A stretch of DNA of 54,016 nt, counting the filler, from Sphacelaria rigidula (lineage: Eukaryota), in assembly GCA_964200075.2 (NCBI GenBank). It is 4 parts of 4 records of this genome, joined end to end, with 100 filler letters (N's around TTAATTAATTAA, not from the genome) between each part and the next. Parts side by side here need not be neighbours in the genome. Positions count along the whole stretch, not along the records: positions 13,535 to 26,964 come from CAXNAA020002889.1; positions 27,065 to 40,494 come from CAXNAA020002890.1; 2 more parts are not named here. One strand, given 5' to 3'. How positions within the stretch are numbered: the first letter of the stretch is position 1; each line of letters begins with the position of its first letter. The translations under genes were made by a program, and so were the position numbers. Shown one piece after another: positions 25,242 through 37,800 of this stretch. The notes beneath the pieces were generated by a model. That model was not told the origin of the DNA. It saw only the letters and a list, made by a program, of their open reading frames with translations, and made no database searches.

Positions 25242-26964
25242 GTGAGTGCCGTTCCCTTTGTTCTCCTGGCTGCTTGTTGCGTTTCTTTTGTGGTGTACTG
25301 TATGTGTTTATGGGGGTAGGAGCTGCAGCAAAAAAATGAGGCCGGAGAGACCAGGAATTTCACGTTTGAAAATTCTACGCTACAAGATATGACATGCTAT
25401 AATACTCGCATGAAAAACTGCGTTTTGATTTACTACTCAGATCAAGCAAATTACCCTCCACGACCCAGAGTTCCGCCAACATCGTGTCAAAGGAGCAGTG
25501 CATAGCGAACTCAGTGGCATCAGTGTTTGGTCAAGCTTTGAAGATTAGAAAAAAAAGTGGATTTTGGTCCCTGTCGCTTGGTCCCTCGCCCTCTGCCGAT
25601 ACGAATACTTCACACCCTGGACAAAATATGGCCAAAAGATGAAATAGACAAAAAATGTACTGGGTAAAGTATAAGGATATTGCAACTATTGTCGTCGACG
25701 ACAATAATTGTAATAGCCCTATACATTACCCAGAATATTTTCGTCTATTGCATCCTTTGACCATATATTGTCCGGGGTGTGGATTACTTTCATACAAAGC
25801 GAAAACAAACTCATGAGTGAACGCTGTTGGCACGGTTTTGAAACCATTTCTCATGGGCCGTCTTCTAGGAGAAAAGCTACCTGAGGCCGGAAGATTTTTC
25901 AGGAGAGGAGCGGGGATTTCTTGCACATTTCGTTGAACAAAATAGGGTGTTTTACGAGCGAGTTTGTCGGGAACGCGCTTCATAAAAAAAAGCCGCAGTT
26001 AGCTGTATAGCAGTACCCGCATGAAGTACAGCTGCACACACCACAATGCGATAGATAACACAAACAGTGCACGATGTAGCAACAGTAGAGACAGCACATA
26101 CAGCTTCAGCACTCTTACAGTTACATGCCACATGCACGCATGCACAACCGACTGTCTGTGGCATACCTTTGTAGGGTACATGCCGTACAGCGACACAGAT
26201 AGCACACAGTTGCAGTAGACAACAGACAACACAGCACGGAGGCCGCTGTTCCGTATACCCATGTATGACAGCAAGTACGATGCAAGCTGGTGCTCCCATC
26301 TCGGTGTAAAACCCGCCAAACTTCTCCCAGGGCCATAAGAATCGGGTTCGGAATCTGTCTTCGTCGAGTAAAGCTGTCGAGAAACAATCACTGTCCAGAA
26401 TTTTCCGGTGGTCTTTCTCCGAATCATGTGGAGCGACCGGAGACCATTCCTTGTAGACCATACATACAAGTCAATCTACAGTGCATTCCTCGATATTCTG
26501 ACTCTTCGGCAGCGTTTTTCGTGTGAAAAGACGGCCAGACGGATAATGCCACCTGGGAACGACCGTCTCCATTCATTGTGTTGCGGGATTTTGACAAACG
26601 TTGGCGGTGGACGTAAGGCGCAGTTTGACTCTGGGTCGGACAAAAAGCGCGAAATTGTACAAACCTTCCTGATACACAAAAAAACAAGTCTGGCCGTCTT
26701 TTCCTACGAAAAACGCTATGAAAGAGTCGATTTATCAAAACAGGCACTTTTGACCCGCAAGTGAGGCAAGAATGGTCTGAGGTCGTCTTTTATCATCGAA
26801 TAGAGACCGGAAAAAAATCGGGTAATGACCTCTTCCCCGATAGCTTTTCTCGACGAAAACAGTTTCCGAAACCGCCTCTTAACCTTTTTGGGACTGAAGC
26901 TCACTAACACCACGTTCACGACGTGTTAGTAAAGTAATAATAAACAAGTCTGGGAACGACCTAT

Positions 26965-27064
26965 NNNNNNNNNNNNNNNNNNNNNNNNNNNNNNNNNNNN
27001 NNNNNNNNTTAATTAATTAANNNNNNNNNNNNNNNNNNNNNNNNNNNNNNNNNNNNNNNNNNNN
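26965..27064. other. Artificial contig spacer
   Basis: 44 N + TTAATTAATTAA + 44 N. Confidence 0.98.
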
Positions 27065-27480
27065 GCTCGCAGTCTATCACCAAGCGCGAAGCGCCGTGAT
27101 GTGTTCGGCGAGTCGCGCGAAGGGTGAGCTGCATCCTGCTCAGATTGTTCAGCCCGAAGCGTACTGAATATGTTGCATTTGGATAGCAGATTCGAATGGT
27201 TTGCTTCATTTTCTGGTACCACCACTTCCAGAGACAGCCATAAGTTACACACTGCCTCATGGGTGTCTCACCCTTGAAAGACTACGTGGTATTTTGCATA
27301 ATCATCTTCTTTTGCGCGGGGTCGAGGTTCTCCCACTGCACAATATGATCTATCTCGACCACTATGATGGCTACCGCAAAAAAAAACGCCAGCGCGCAAA
27401 AAATTGGCCACCTGGTTGCCTAGCGTACGCAGTAAGTTGCGTGTTTTACAGCGCCGTTGCCAGTCGACGTTAACCCCATA
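27065..27480 (-). mobile_element. Oligo-C-ended repeat copy cut by the contig edge
   Basis: 5' end GGGGTTAACGTCGACTGG at ~27478 with a C-rich flank; collinear with 18522-19019. Confidence 0.8.
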
Positions 27481-27815
27481 CTTGAGGGAGGGGGAGAAGG
27501 GGAGGGAGGGGAGGAGATACATGGCTCGATGGGAAGTGCTGACTCATACTCCCAACTATGGCACGTCTACATAGCACAATCCTCAAGTGCAATCGCGCGA
27601 CCCGGCTACCGTATCGCACACGGCGTCTGTTGTGAGAAATCGCACCGCCCTCTCGTAGTGAGGATGATGTCCCAGAAGGAGTCACTGCATGAGTTTCAGT
27701 ACCTTTGCGTCAGACGATGCGAATCGGCTGTTGTGTTCACCATTCAAAGTTTATCGTACGTGTTCTATTATACCCATTTCAACTGAGGGACAGTTTGTTT
27801 TTGGTCTCCCGTCAG

Positions 27816-30800
27816 GCACGGACCAGCACACCGAGCCCAGACTTTATTAGCAGACTGATCCGCGTTTTCCTTGGCTGCTTCTCAAGACTCTTACCGTGAA
27901 CAACGTAGGATGCGTGTATTGTCACCTCATCTATTCTGAACATCAGTCTACACCTTTCGGTATATGTGGGCACATCAGCCGGGGTCACACAGGATTTTTT
28001 TCTTTCTAGTATATCCCACTTTCCTTCTGCGGTGCTTGCCTTTTTTTTCATCGCCAGAAAGGTTCAGCGGTACCTTTCACTCATCGACCGTGGAGTCGAA
28101 CTTCGTGTACACACGGCAGAGTCGTTCTCCACTGTTGGGCATAATGTGAGAGAAAACTCAGATCCTGTGACTTGACCTTGAGTAGTACCCACGTCTTAAC
28201 CGTCATAAAGTCTTGACATCACCAAGTGAGGAACTGGGGCGATCGACAATATTGGATGGGAGAAATAAAAATGCAGTGTTGGCAAAAATTTGTGTATCAA
28301 TTATATTCATCGCTCTCCGTTTTTTTACCGCACTCGAGCTATTCCTCACATCCCCGGTTTCGTCGTGACTGCGGGTGCGAACGCGCGCCCGCGTAACAAC
28401 CAACCGCAGGTGGCCGCATGGGTGAAGGATATCATGCTGCAGGTATCATTGGCACGGGCTCAGTCGCACCCACAACAGCAACAAATCAACGACACAGCCG
28501 AAAGCACGTCCACCCTACAACTCACACAGCTGCAACGGAAATCGGAGGGAGAAATATCTAGCGTGGTCAAAATTGGCGGCGAGAATGGTCAAGAGAGCGG
28601 CAGCGCCGCCGGCAAAGTCCTGAGGGAGGCCGCCACTGTTCAGGACTTCGTGTCGCCTCTCCTGGCCCTCATGCCGACCGCAGTGCAGGGACTGCTTACC
28701 ACGTTCGACCCCGTCGAAGTCTCTAGCCCCTGCCACTGCGGAGAGACGGAAGACGGGCTTGTTCTGCAGGCGATTCAGGCCACCCCTGCGTATCGCGAGT
28801 TGTCGCGACTGGAGCGGGTTAATCACACCCGCCACGACATCGACAACGATAAGGGCAAAGAAATCGGCTCGAGCGTGATCGATAACGGTTCCAACGGCCG
28901 CGTGAATGTGGCCAGTGAGGAGAACGAGCACAACTGCGGCTGTTCGACGCGTCATTCGCTCTCCATGGTCACCTACGCGGTGCTCCACCTGCTGCACAAG
29001 CAGGAGATCGTTGCCGATAGCGGCCGGGAGAAACGGCAGGTTGAAGACAAATCGCAACAGTCGACAGCATCGGTGGCGGGTTCGTCGTCGTCACCAACAT
29101 TGTGGAGCGTTGATCCGCTCGCGGAGTTGCCGAAGCCGGTTGCCGCCGAAGCGATCCGTGTTGCTCAGATTATGCTGGGGCTTGTGGAGATGGAGCAGGT
29201 CGACGGGCACTATTGTTGTCCTCAAGAGCAGCCGCCGCCGGCGTAGGTGAAGAGGGAGGCGGGCGGATTTTTATCTTGTCTATAGGAGAACACAGACCCA
29301 AACCATGTAGGGGTGCCAGGATCACAAATAACAGTAGTGCTCATTTCATGGAGGAACGAAGCCTCCGTGACCACCAGTATATACCAAATATATTTAGGAT
29401 TATTACTGGGTTGATGTACCCTAACGCACACACATCTCTCTCTATATATATGAATATATTTATTTCATGGATGCAGACCATTGTCACCTGTTGCGTAGGA
29501 CGAGGTTTTGGTGGTGCTTTCGTCGATCATATTTTTGTATGGTGTGTCAGTTCAGTGGTGGTTTTTCCGACCGTGATGATCCCCAGTGATGATTTAAAAG
29601 CTGATTTCATCCAAGGGATCCGTCATTTTCGTTGTATGGACACGTTGACCGTGCCCTGCTCCCCAATTGTCAAACGAGCTGCCACCTCGGACTTGTCTCG
29701 GTAGTGTCGCTCCTTCAAGCTTTTTTATGTTTGTGTAGGGGTTAGGTGTCGAGACAGAGTGCACCCCGTGCCTCATGATGCTAAACGGTTTTCGAGTATG
29801 TTGTGGTTGATGCCACATGTGGGTGAACCCGCGGGTTTAGTGGCGCAAGGGGCTCACGTCGCTGTGTAGGTTGGAGCGGTGGTTCTCAGTATAGCGCCTT
29901 TTTCTTATTCAACAGATACTGTCCAATGAAAAATATAGAGGTCACGATTATCAAACCGGGGCGGAGGCAGCAACGGACCCTGTCATAGAAATTTTCCCGC
30001 TCACGGATCAACGTTCGAGGTGACACAGCTAGAAAGCACTCTTCAGGCTCCGTTATATGTAAGAGTACTGGGCAGGCAGTTCGCGTCCAACTCATGCGAC
30101 AGCTCCACGCTAAGTTCCTCTCGCGCGAACAGTGGGTCCTTTCAAGGACTCATACGAAGCTGCCTAGCAAGGGGGCTACGTCCCCTTACAGACAGTACCA
30201 GAACTTGCACAGGGGGTATGATGAGAGGGTGATAGCCACGGAGGTAGTTACTGTGATATTCTTCTCCCAAAATCAAGTCAGGGGAAAGAGCATTGCAAAC
30301 GGGACATTTTTTTTCAGACGTTTTCGACGTGTTCGTAACATTTGGATTTTTTTCAGACTTGACCAACAAAAGGACGCTGGCAAAAAAATCTGACCCTCGA
30401 TTCTCGGAATCATCTGTAGTCAGTCTCCATTTTTTTGTTGTCTGACCTGGTTGAGAGAGAGGTCGTGTCCTATCAAATTGTTTTGGTGTCGAAAACGTGC
30501 GGTCGATTTGAATTTGCTCGTTTCTGATTCATCCACGCTATTTATGTTCTCAGATGGTCGAGAACATGAATGCCGTGGACGTATCAGGTATGAGCAAATT
30601 CGATTCCACCGTACGTTTTCGAGTCGAAAACAATTTGACAAGACACGTCCTGATAGTACGATAGGGGGTGTCAGACGAATCAACTACTCGCGGTGCGTTT
30701 GCATTTGGGTGAAAACAGTGTCAAGTGGTGTGAATGAGTGTGTCTCATTGGTAACAAGCGCGTTCAAAAACACGCTGCTGCTGTCAAGGACAGTTGAGGT

Positions 30801-31152
30801 GGAATTCGTGGAAGAAATGGCCCAAAAGACGAGGTGGGTTAACCCCTTTGGTACGGGCGATGCAAAAGTGCTGATTTCGAGGTGCTCTTTTTTTTAACAA
30901 AGTGTGGTTGATTGTTTGCGGCTTCCAAGGACCACTATTTTGCCCAAGGCGTGTTCTTCAGACCCGCGACCGCTTCCAAGTGGCGGTGAATCGCGTGAAT
31001 ATACTGTATTGCACCTCAATATTTCCACGTGTGGTGAGGGGATTTCTTCCTGCTCAGCCATACTACTTTGTTTCTGTGATGTAGCTTGGCACGCCTGCCA
31101 AGTGTTGGGCGGGTACGATCTCCGGACTGCAGCACAACAACTCTCAGATGGG
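27816..31152 (+). CDS. Partial multi-exon gene, unknown protein
   Basis: Phase-compatible GT-AG exons 27816-27895, 28058-28145, 28410-29198, 30047-30215 and 31085-31152 give one frame (...KVQRYLSLIDRG...VAAWVKDIMLQ...IMLGLVEMEQ|APLYVRVLG...|AWHACQVLGGYDL...). Start and end were not found. Confidence 0.6.
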
Positions 31153-31510
31153 GTGCGTCACCTGTATAAGTGTGTGCCGCAGTGCCACACGGGACTAAAT
31201 ATATACAAGGTATACAGGTGGTGCTGATTTTTTTTGTATGACATTCAGAGGCCGCGGTGCTGGTTTTTGCTGTGTGCACAAAGTTGAACATACTTGACCT
31301 GTTGCGTCCCCTCGTCCGATAAAATTAATCCGACCGCACTGGGGCGACATTCTTAGTGCGAGCATGACGTCTGTCGGTGGATTCTTCTGTGGCCTTCCGC
31401 TGTAAAAATGGTTGTTGTCGGTATTTTCTCTTCTCATCTTTTCTTCTTCGACAGCGCTTGAAGTAATGAGGCGTCTGGACTGGGGACGGGAGGGGAGGAT
31501 TCCGAAAGCG

Positions 31511-31698
31511 TTACCCGGCGTTGTGCTACAATTTGTCCTTCGTTGGCATATATTACAACTATCGCTAACCCTAACCCTAACCCCAACCCAAGGCATACCG
31601 AGAAGCGTCGGGCAAGGGAGGTACGTGAGGTTTCCTAGGCAAAGTGCGGCGTCGGTAGATCCCAAATTGGCGACTGCGGCGCCGATTTCAACGAAAAC
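31511..31698 (+). mobile_element. Short element with (CCCTAA)n and a terminal hairpin (Helentron/HINE-like), copy 1
   Basis: ctaaccctaaccctaaccccaaccc at ~31565-31590; imperfect hairpin aaattggcgac-tgc-ggcgccgattt; inverted homolog of 32131-32310. Confidence 0.55.
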
Positions 31699-31859
31699 GC
31701 GTTCTGCGCATGAGAGGAGCACACGAGACTATCAACCCCTCTAAAGATCCGATTCTCGTTGTTTATACTGGAAACAAGTACTGTCAACCATGGACAGATG
31801 ATAGCCCGGCGCCGGTTAACTCTACTGCAAAATACCCCTCCCCCCCCCCTTCCCGTATC

Positions 31860-32125
31860 CCTACAAAGCTGGCACGTACGACCATTGACCTTACATCCCT
31901 ACAAAGCTGGCACGGGGCGCATCTGGTATTCGTCGGACCATGTTTGCGATTAATCACCAAGCGTGAAGCGTCGTGATCTGTTCGGGGTGTCGCATGAAGG
32001 GTGAGCTGCATCCTGCTAAGATTTTCGGCCCGAAGCGTACTGCCCATCGTGCATGTGAATGACAGCCTTCAATGAATCGCTTCATTTTCTGGTACCACCA
32101 CTTGTAGACAACCACGGGTTACACA
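31860..32125 (-). mobile_element. Internal fragment of the oligo-C-ended repeat
   Basis: Matches 18560-18800 and 27070-27250. Confidence 0.75.
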
Positions 32126-32130
32126 CAGAT

Positions 32131-32310
32131 GTTTTCGTTGAAATCGGCGCCACAGGCGCCGATTTGGGGTCTACCAAGGCCGCACTTTGCCTAGAGAATA
32201 TATCTTCCGCACTTGCCCGAGGGTTCTCGGTATGCGCTGGGTTAGGGTTAGGGGTAGCGATACTTGTAAAATTGTGTCAACCATTCTGTAACGTAGCCTA
32301 ACGGCGGTAA
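32131..32310 (-). mobile_element. Short element with (TTAGGG)n and a terminal hairpin, copy 2
   Basis: Perfect 11-bp stem AAATCGGCGCC-aca-GGCGCCGATTT at 32141-32165; gggttagggttaggggtag at ~32239-32257. Confidence 0.55.
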
Positions 32311-32311
32311 A

Positions 32312-32413
32312 CCCTTAAACCGCGGTGCGGGTAGTCCATTTGGATCACGCATACTTATTTCAAGGGAAAATTGATGCCGATTCAGCAGGTGACCTACCCT
32401 CGCGGTCTAAGGG
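32312..32413. mobile_element. piggyBac-like ~100-bp MITE
   Basis: TIRs CCCTTAAACCGCG / CGCGGTCTAAGGG; flanks TAAA and TTAC (decayed TTAA); homologous to 49848-49952 and 49958-50057. Confidence 0.65.
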
Positions 32414-32649
32414 TTACCTAGCTTCTTATTATGCTAGACATCAACGTGTCGTGCAACAATTTGAAAGGTGCATGTAGCCGTCTTTCGAATAAGTTGTTGC
32501 CTCTCAATCCGATCTGTTACTCACAATCTCACGAAGACATCGTTTCTTTTGAACCCGTGGTCACAGACGTAGGCTCGTCTTTCCAATACCGCCCCTGCGA
32601 TTCGTTACAAGATGTACAGTTCTCATCATTTTCCCGAGACTTCAGATTA

Positions 32650-34420
32650 AAAACGACAACAATAACAAGCAAACAAAATAGTACCAAACGAAAATAAGAA
32701 GAGAATCGCCAAGAGAACAGATGAGAAGTAGCTTCCCCCGGATCCATCGGGGCGAAGACATGAAAAGAAAGAAATAAGCCCTTCAAATCTGCCAAAAAGC
32801 AAACCGAAAGCAAAGGGAGAGAAAAGAGAAGACATATGACAAATGGGGAGTAACATGGCCAATAGGCGAGGGTCAACTCAACAACCCTAGGCACCCTTCT
32901 CATGGACAACTACCAAACAAAGTCGTTTGGAAAGACAGCAGATGCACTAGCGAGTGTACCACACGACGGGCTATTTGTCACTTTCGTAGGTCCTCTGTAG
33001 GCACTGGGGGAACTCAAGTGAAAGCCCAGCAAACAATTCCTTAGCATGGCGTGCTTCGGTCCAGGCTGCCATGTACATCCTAGCCCACTCCTGTACGAGT
33101 CCGTACCATTTGGACACATCTTGGGCAACCTGCGTCCACGATGTCGCGTTTATTCCGAAGTGAACAACCATATTCCGTGACAGTGTTGTGGGTGTCATGC
33201 TAGTCAGCCTGCCTTCGCCTTCCCTCCGACTATCATTCCACGCATGATGATGTTGGGGAGGCGTTCATTGTGTCTGCGAACAACGCGGCCGGCGTGTGGG
33301 AGGATTCGTTTTATCACCGTGGTCTCGATGCACTCACAGCTAGTCCTTTTGAAAACCCCGCGGTATGCCAGCATGTTGTAGTTGGGGGCGCTGCGGCTTG
33401 AGGTATGCTGATTAGGGCACATCGGCAGTAAGACTCGATGAACCTCCCAAAACGCGCCGAATTGGTCGTGTGCGATCGTTCAGGTCACGCAGCCGTACAG
33501 CATTACTTCGATTGCTTCAGTCTTCAGGAGACGAGCCTTGGTGACCAGGACGATGTACGGGTTGTCGTATACCGCTCTGCTGTACTTGTAGAAGCACATC
33601 CAGGCTTGGCCGATGCGACTGTAGATCTCAGGAGTGACATCGCCTATGCTGCTGATTTTTTTCTCCAAAGGAGAGGAAAGACCCACCTTGCTTGTTGTTT
33701 TTGGCCCACCGCTTCCACTTCGACCACGTCCGCCTCCATGTTCGAGGAGCGCATGTGCATGGTGACTATCTTCTTTTCGGCCACGACGAGGCCGAAAGCC
33801 GCACATACTTCGACTACTGCCGTCATCATCTTTGCTAGGCGTACTTGAGATCATGAGGCGATGCCAGCGTCGTTGGCGTATAGCGTGGCCCAAAACCCTT
33901 TGCTGAGTTCGTCCCTGGTCTTCCCGCCCCTTTTAGCGATGCGGATAAAGTACTGCGCCACCGCTTTTTTTTATGGAGAAGCTGTCGAACGTCATCCCCG
34001 CCGCAAAGAAGATGTTGGAGAAACCGGGGGAGTCTACACAGCCTTAGCGGATCTCTCTGGTCAACGTTAAACCACTCAGATGTCTCGTCGCTGTCAAGGC
34101 GTACGCATGCTCGCATGCCGTTGTGGAACTGGCGGATGATGGAAACCATCCATCTTGGTGGGGATACCGTAGCGTGCTAGAACTCTCCAGGGAAGAGAGC
34201 GCTCCACTGAGTCCTATGCCTTTCGGAGGTCGATGAAGCACATATACAGTGGAAGGTTCTTCTCTCTGGCCTGTGGTCGCATCCTGCACACAACAAACAT
34301 CATGTCGACTGTCCACCGGCCGGGTCGGAAACCGTATTGCGCTTCTGGGAGGATTCCCTTTGACTCGCAGTAGGCACTGGGTCGAGTCTCAACTATGTTG
34401 AGTTCCACCTTACCTACGTG
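32650..34420 (-). mobile_element. 5'-truncated degenerate RTE-clade LINE (RT plus probable 3' UTR)
   Basis: GILPEAQYGFRPGR..DMMFVV, YMCFIDLRKA, IIRQFHNGMRACVR, LYANDAGI (YADD equivalent), AFGLVVAEKK, EIYSRIGQAW and MLYGCVT, with many frameshifts. The 3' boundary is approximate. Confidence 0.85.
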
Positions 34421-34879
34421 GAACCCGACACCACCCTTACTGCAATATCGTGATTCACACAGTAGGTAATGTCTGCTGACTGTACGGGAAGCTTAGCATA
34501 TCTATTACTCGTCCTCGTTCAAGCTCAGCCGACACTCTTCACTTGTTCTTACCGATGGTTTGATGGCTCCAGCGATGGCGCATGAGTGCCAAGGTAGGTT
34601 CAGCGACATGTTTATAGTGACAAACCCATAATCGTCTATGATCATGCCTGATCAACCAACCCCAGCTACTATATAGTCCCGTGGACAGATCCGAGGTCTA
34701 AGATCTCGTGCAAGTACCAATCCACGGTCCTCGAGAAGAAAAAGTGGTGAATGCCTTTCATCCTCATGACACAAGCCCACCCTGACGAGCCTCTATCATT
34801 GTTGCGATGAGTATTTTAAGATACACGAAAAGAGAGCTTTTTATTACACCTATAAAGTCATGAGTGGGTATTGCTGCCG

Positions 34880-37800
34880 ACATTTACATTGTGCGTTTGA
34901 TCAATGACTCTGGCGGACCCGTGTAGCTCAAGCTCCGCCCAGCGTTATATACCACCAGCCCATTCGCGCCACGAGGATCCTGGTTTAATCGGCGACTCAA
35001 CAACTTCGTCGAGGAAGTCAACGCAATATGAAGCGCACTCATGTTGTCAACGCACCGCGTATTGTCGGAAATTTGATGTATAACTGACGGTGGTGGCGTG
35101 AGAAAATTCGTGCGAAGGTCCAAAGTGCGGAAAATCGACAAAATCGGCAGTGGTGGCTTAGCCCACCCAAGAGGCGTCATATGGCAGAGGACGACGACCT
35201 CCCACGTGCATGCCCGTTTTTAGGTACTGAAGGTCAAGGGCGTAGACGGGACAAGAGAAACGCCAAATAGGGTAGACCTGTGATTCATCGGGTTCGGCGG
35301 GTCGGCAAGTTGGACTTGTGTCCGCTGCCGTTGGGAGCAGGGGAAGTCGGGAGAGAAGATCAGCATTCCCGTTGGTTTTGCCTGAACAATGCTTGATGGT
35401 AAACTGGTATGTTGTCAGGAATTCCACCCAGCGTTGTGCACACGGATTATGTTCGCCAACCTTGGCGAGTTGTTCGGATGTCCCATGGTCCGTGTCGGTT
35501 TGTGTGGGGACGTGGAACGTATACTGTCGAACGTATACTGTCGAAGGCGCTTAATGACCCCGGTTGTTCCTCCGCCTCTCAACTCAAGTGTACTCCATTT
35601 GGGCTCGTTGGGCAGGGTGGTGCTGCTAACATAATGTATGGGGTAAAATAAAGCCATCTACAAGCTGGTTCACGCTCATCACCCCAAATTATGTTATCAG
35701 CAAATGCCTTTCGCAATGAAACCTACCCGAAAGTTACACACGTGGTATCCTACTGACCGCAATGAATAGACTAAAAGGGTGACATGGCCGGATTTTCTGT
35801 TCAAGGCCATAGTGTTGGCGCTAAAGGCAAAAAAAGTACCTCGGCCAATCAGCACCATCCAAAATGTTCTGAAATTTAAAAGGATACATTCTCAACCCAA
35901 TCCTTTCTGGGGACGACCGCGAGTGGCGACGCCTGAGGAGAAGAAGAATGTTGTGAAAAACCAGCGTCAACTATGCGCCTAGGATGGCGTGCACTTTTTT
36001 GGAAAGGACTGCGTTTGTTCGGCACGGTCAAGACGGAGTCGGCGAAGCGCCAGGTTGACATGTAACCTCGAAGGGTAGCGTTTTGCAATGGTAGCGTTTT
36101 GCAATACTCAAGACTAGACGTGAATCGTGAAAGTCGGTATTGGTACTGTCATAGGACATCGCTTAATTCTTGGATATCAGCTGGTTCCTAACCGGGACCA
36201 TGAGAGTCAAAATTGATGTCACGCTAGTGTGGTGGCAGATGGTTCCACCTTTGCAAGAGACTATGCCGAGATTCTGGTGGAAAGCGTTGAAGTACTTCTG
36301 CAGGAAGATCGGAAGTTGACCGGGCGGGGTCCAGAGTGTGAACATGAGGCGGAGTCGTAGAGGTTCGGTCAAAATAAGGCTCATCGACACAGCTGACAGA
36401 AAAATCTGTCGGAGGCGCGGTGCTGGGCGCCGGAGAGTCAGTTACGCACGTCTCGAGCGGGATGTGCATCAGAGAAGCAATGCGGCGATGATAGTCAGTG
36501 TCGGCAGGCGCATAAATGCAGGGTAACATATCTTCAATTTCAAGCCCTGTAAGCGCAGGCATGCTACTTCGGCGAACTAGTGTAACGTCTAAAAGTTAGA
36601 GTGTATCACTAGCAGTACCGTTACATCGTAGGTGGTAAACAGCTCCGGTTGCTCGATGATTGCTTCGATTGCCCGGGGCGCCGTGGAGAGTACCGAAGTG
36701 TTCAAGGGTGAATTCCCCACGAGGCGCGGACTGTGGCGATAGTGGTGGTATAGTGCGGCAGGTTCGTTCATCAAACCGCATGTAGTTATCTCTGCCCAAT
36801 AACATGGCATGGTTCGTGGTGCTGTCGGGGACACTATACGTCCAGACTGCAAGGCTGTCAGAGCGGGTTGTGTTGTGAAAAAAATGCATACTAAGGCGTA
36901 AAGATTTTTGTGTTGTCACCGGTGTAGTAGCGTCACCAAAGCTTCCCCATACACGAGGCTGGGTGATGGTTTCACAAGCTACCGAAGCAGCGCCAGTCCG
37001 TATCATGTATTCTCACCTTGATTCACAAAACCATTGTAAGCTCCCGCTATCCAACAAGGATACACATTTCAGAGGTGTAGTAGCGTTCGGATCACAGGAC
37101 ACTTTGCCGCCGACAAGGTCCGAGCTATGTTCGGGCAAGGTGAATCGATGTGGGTCAGATTTTCACCGGAAAAGGTAGTGGTATTTATATTATCCCTTGC
37201 TGTGGCACGGCGAGACTGGTGACGAGAAAGTTCATATATGACCATCCTGGGGAAACAGGGATCAACATTCGAGGTAGATCTAGACTGTCCAGTGCTAGGG
37301 GCGTCGATTGAGGGAACAGAACCGTCAGAAATAATATCCGTGGTTTCGTCGGTGATACTTGATAAAGTCGTCGAGCTCAAAGTCATCGCTTTTTGGAGAG
37401 AATAAGGTCGAGGATTTCCGCTCGAGCGAGGTGTGCGTGATGCGCGCGCATCGTGGGGGATATGTTCACGGGGCGTCCCATTTCGCCTCGACAGAGGACG
37501 GAGAACTTCCAAAGTATGTTGGGGAACTAAAACTGCGTCCAGTGGGGCGGATTGGGTCAGCATCGGGGCATTATCGAGCTAAGCTTGTGAGCATTCCACT
37601 GGGAAGGCTTGTTCAGGAGTCATAGGCGAAGTTAAATATGGCGGGTGTTATAAGAACCGGTCAGGAATACCTCCGAGTGTTTTAATGATCACGGGGTGGG
37701 GGCTCGATCAAGCTGGGTAGGTACTTCATGAGTTAGCCGAAGGAGGGACACCGCTGCCGTGTTGTCGTCGAGGGAAGCCTTTGCCTCAGGAACTGGCGGT

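Noticed and set aside
25086..27895. One gene spanning the second spacer
   Set aside because: Phases can be made to fit, but the blocks are most likely unrelated contigs.
31565..31590. True telomere or chromosome fusion site
   Set aside because: Only two or three units, embedded in a dispersed element present twice.
35515..36105. Short tandem duplications (14 bp at ~35515, 16 bp at ~36073; also ~42855)
   Set aside because: Ordinary slippage or repair duplications in neutral DNA.
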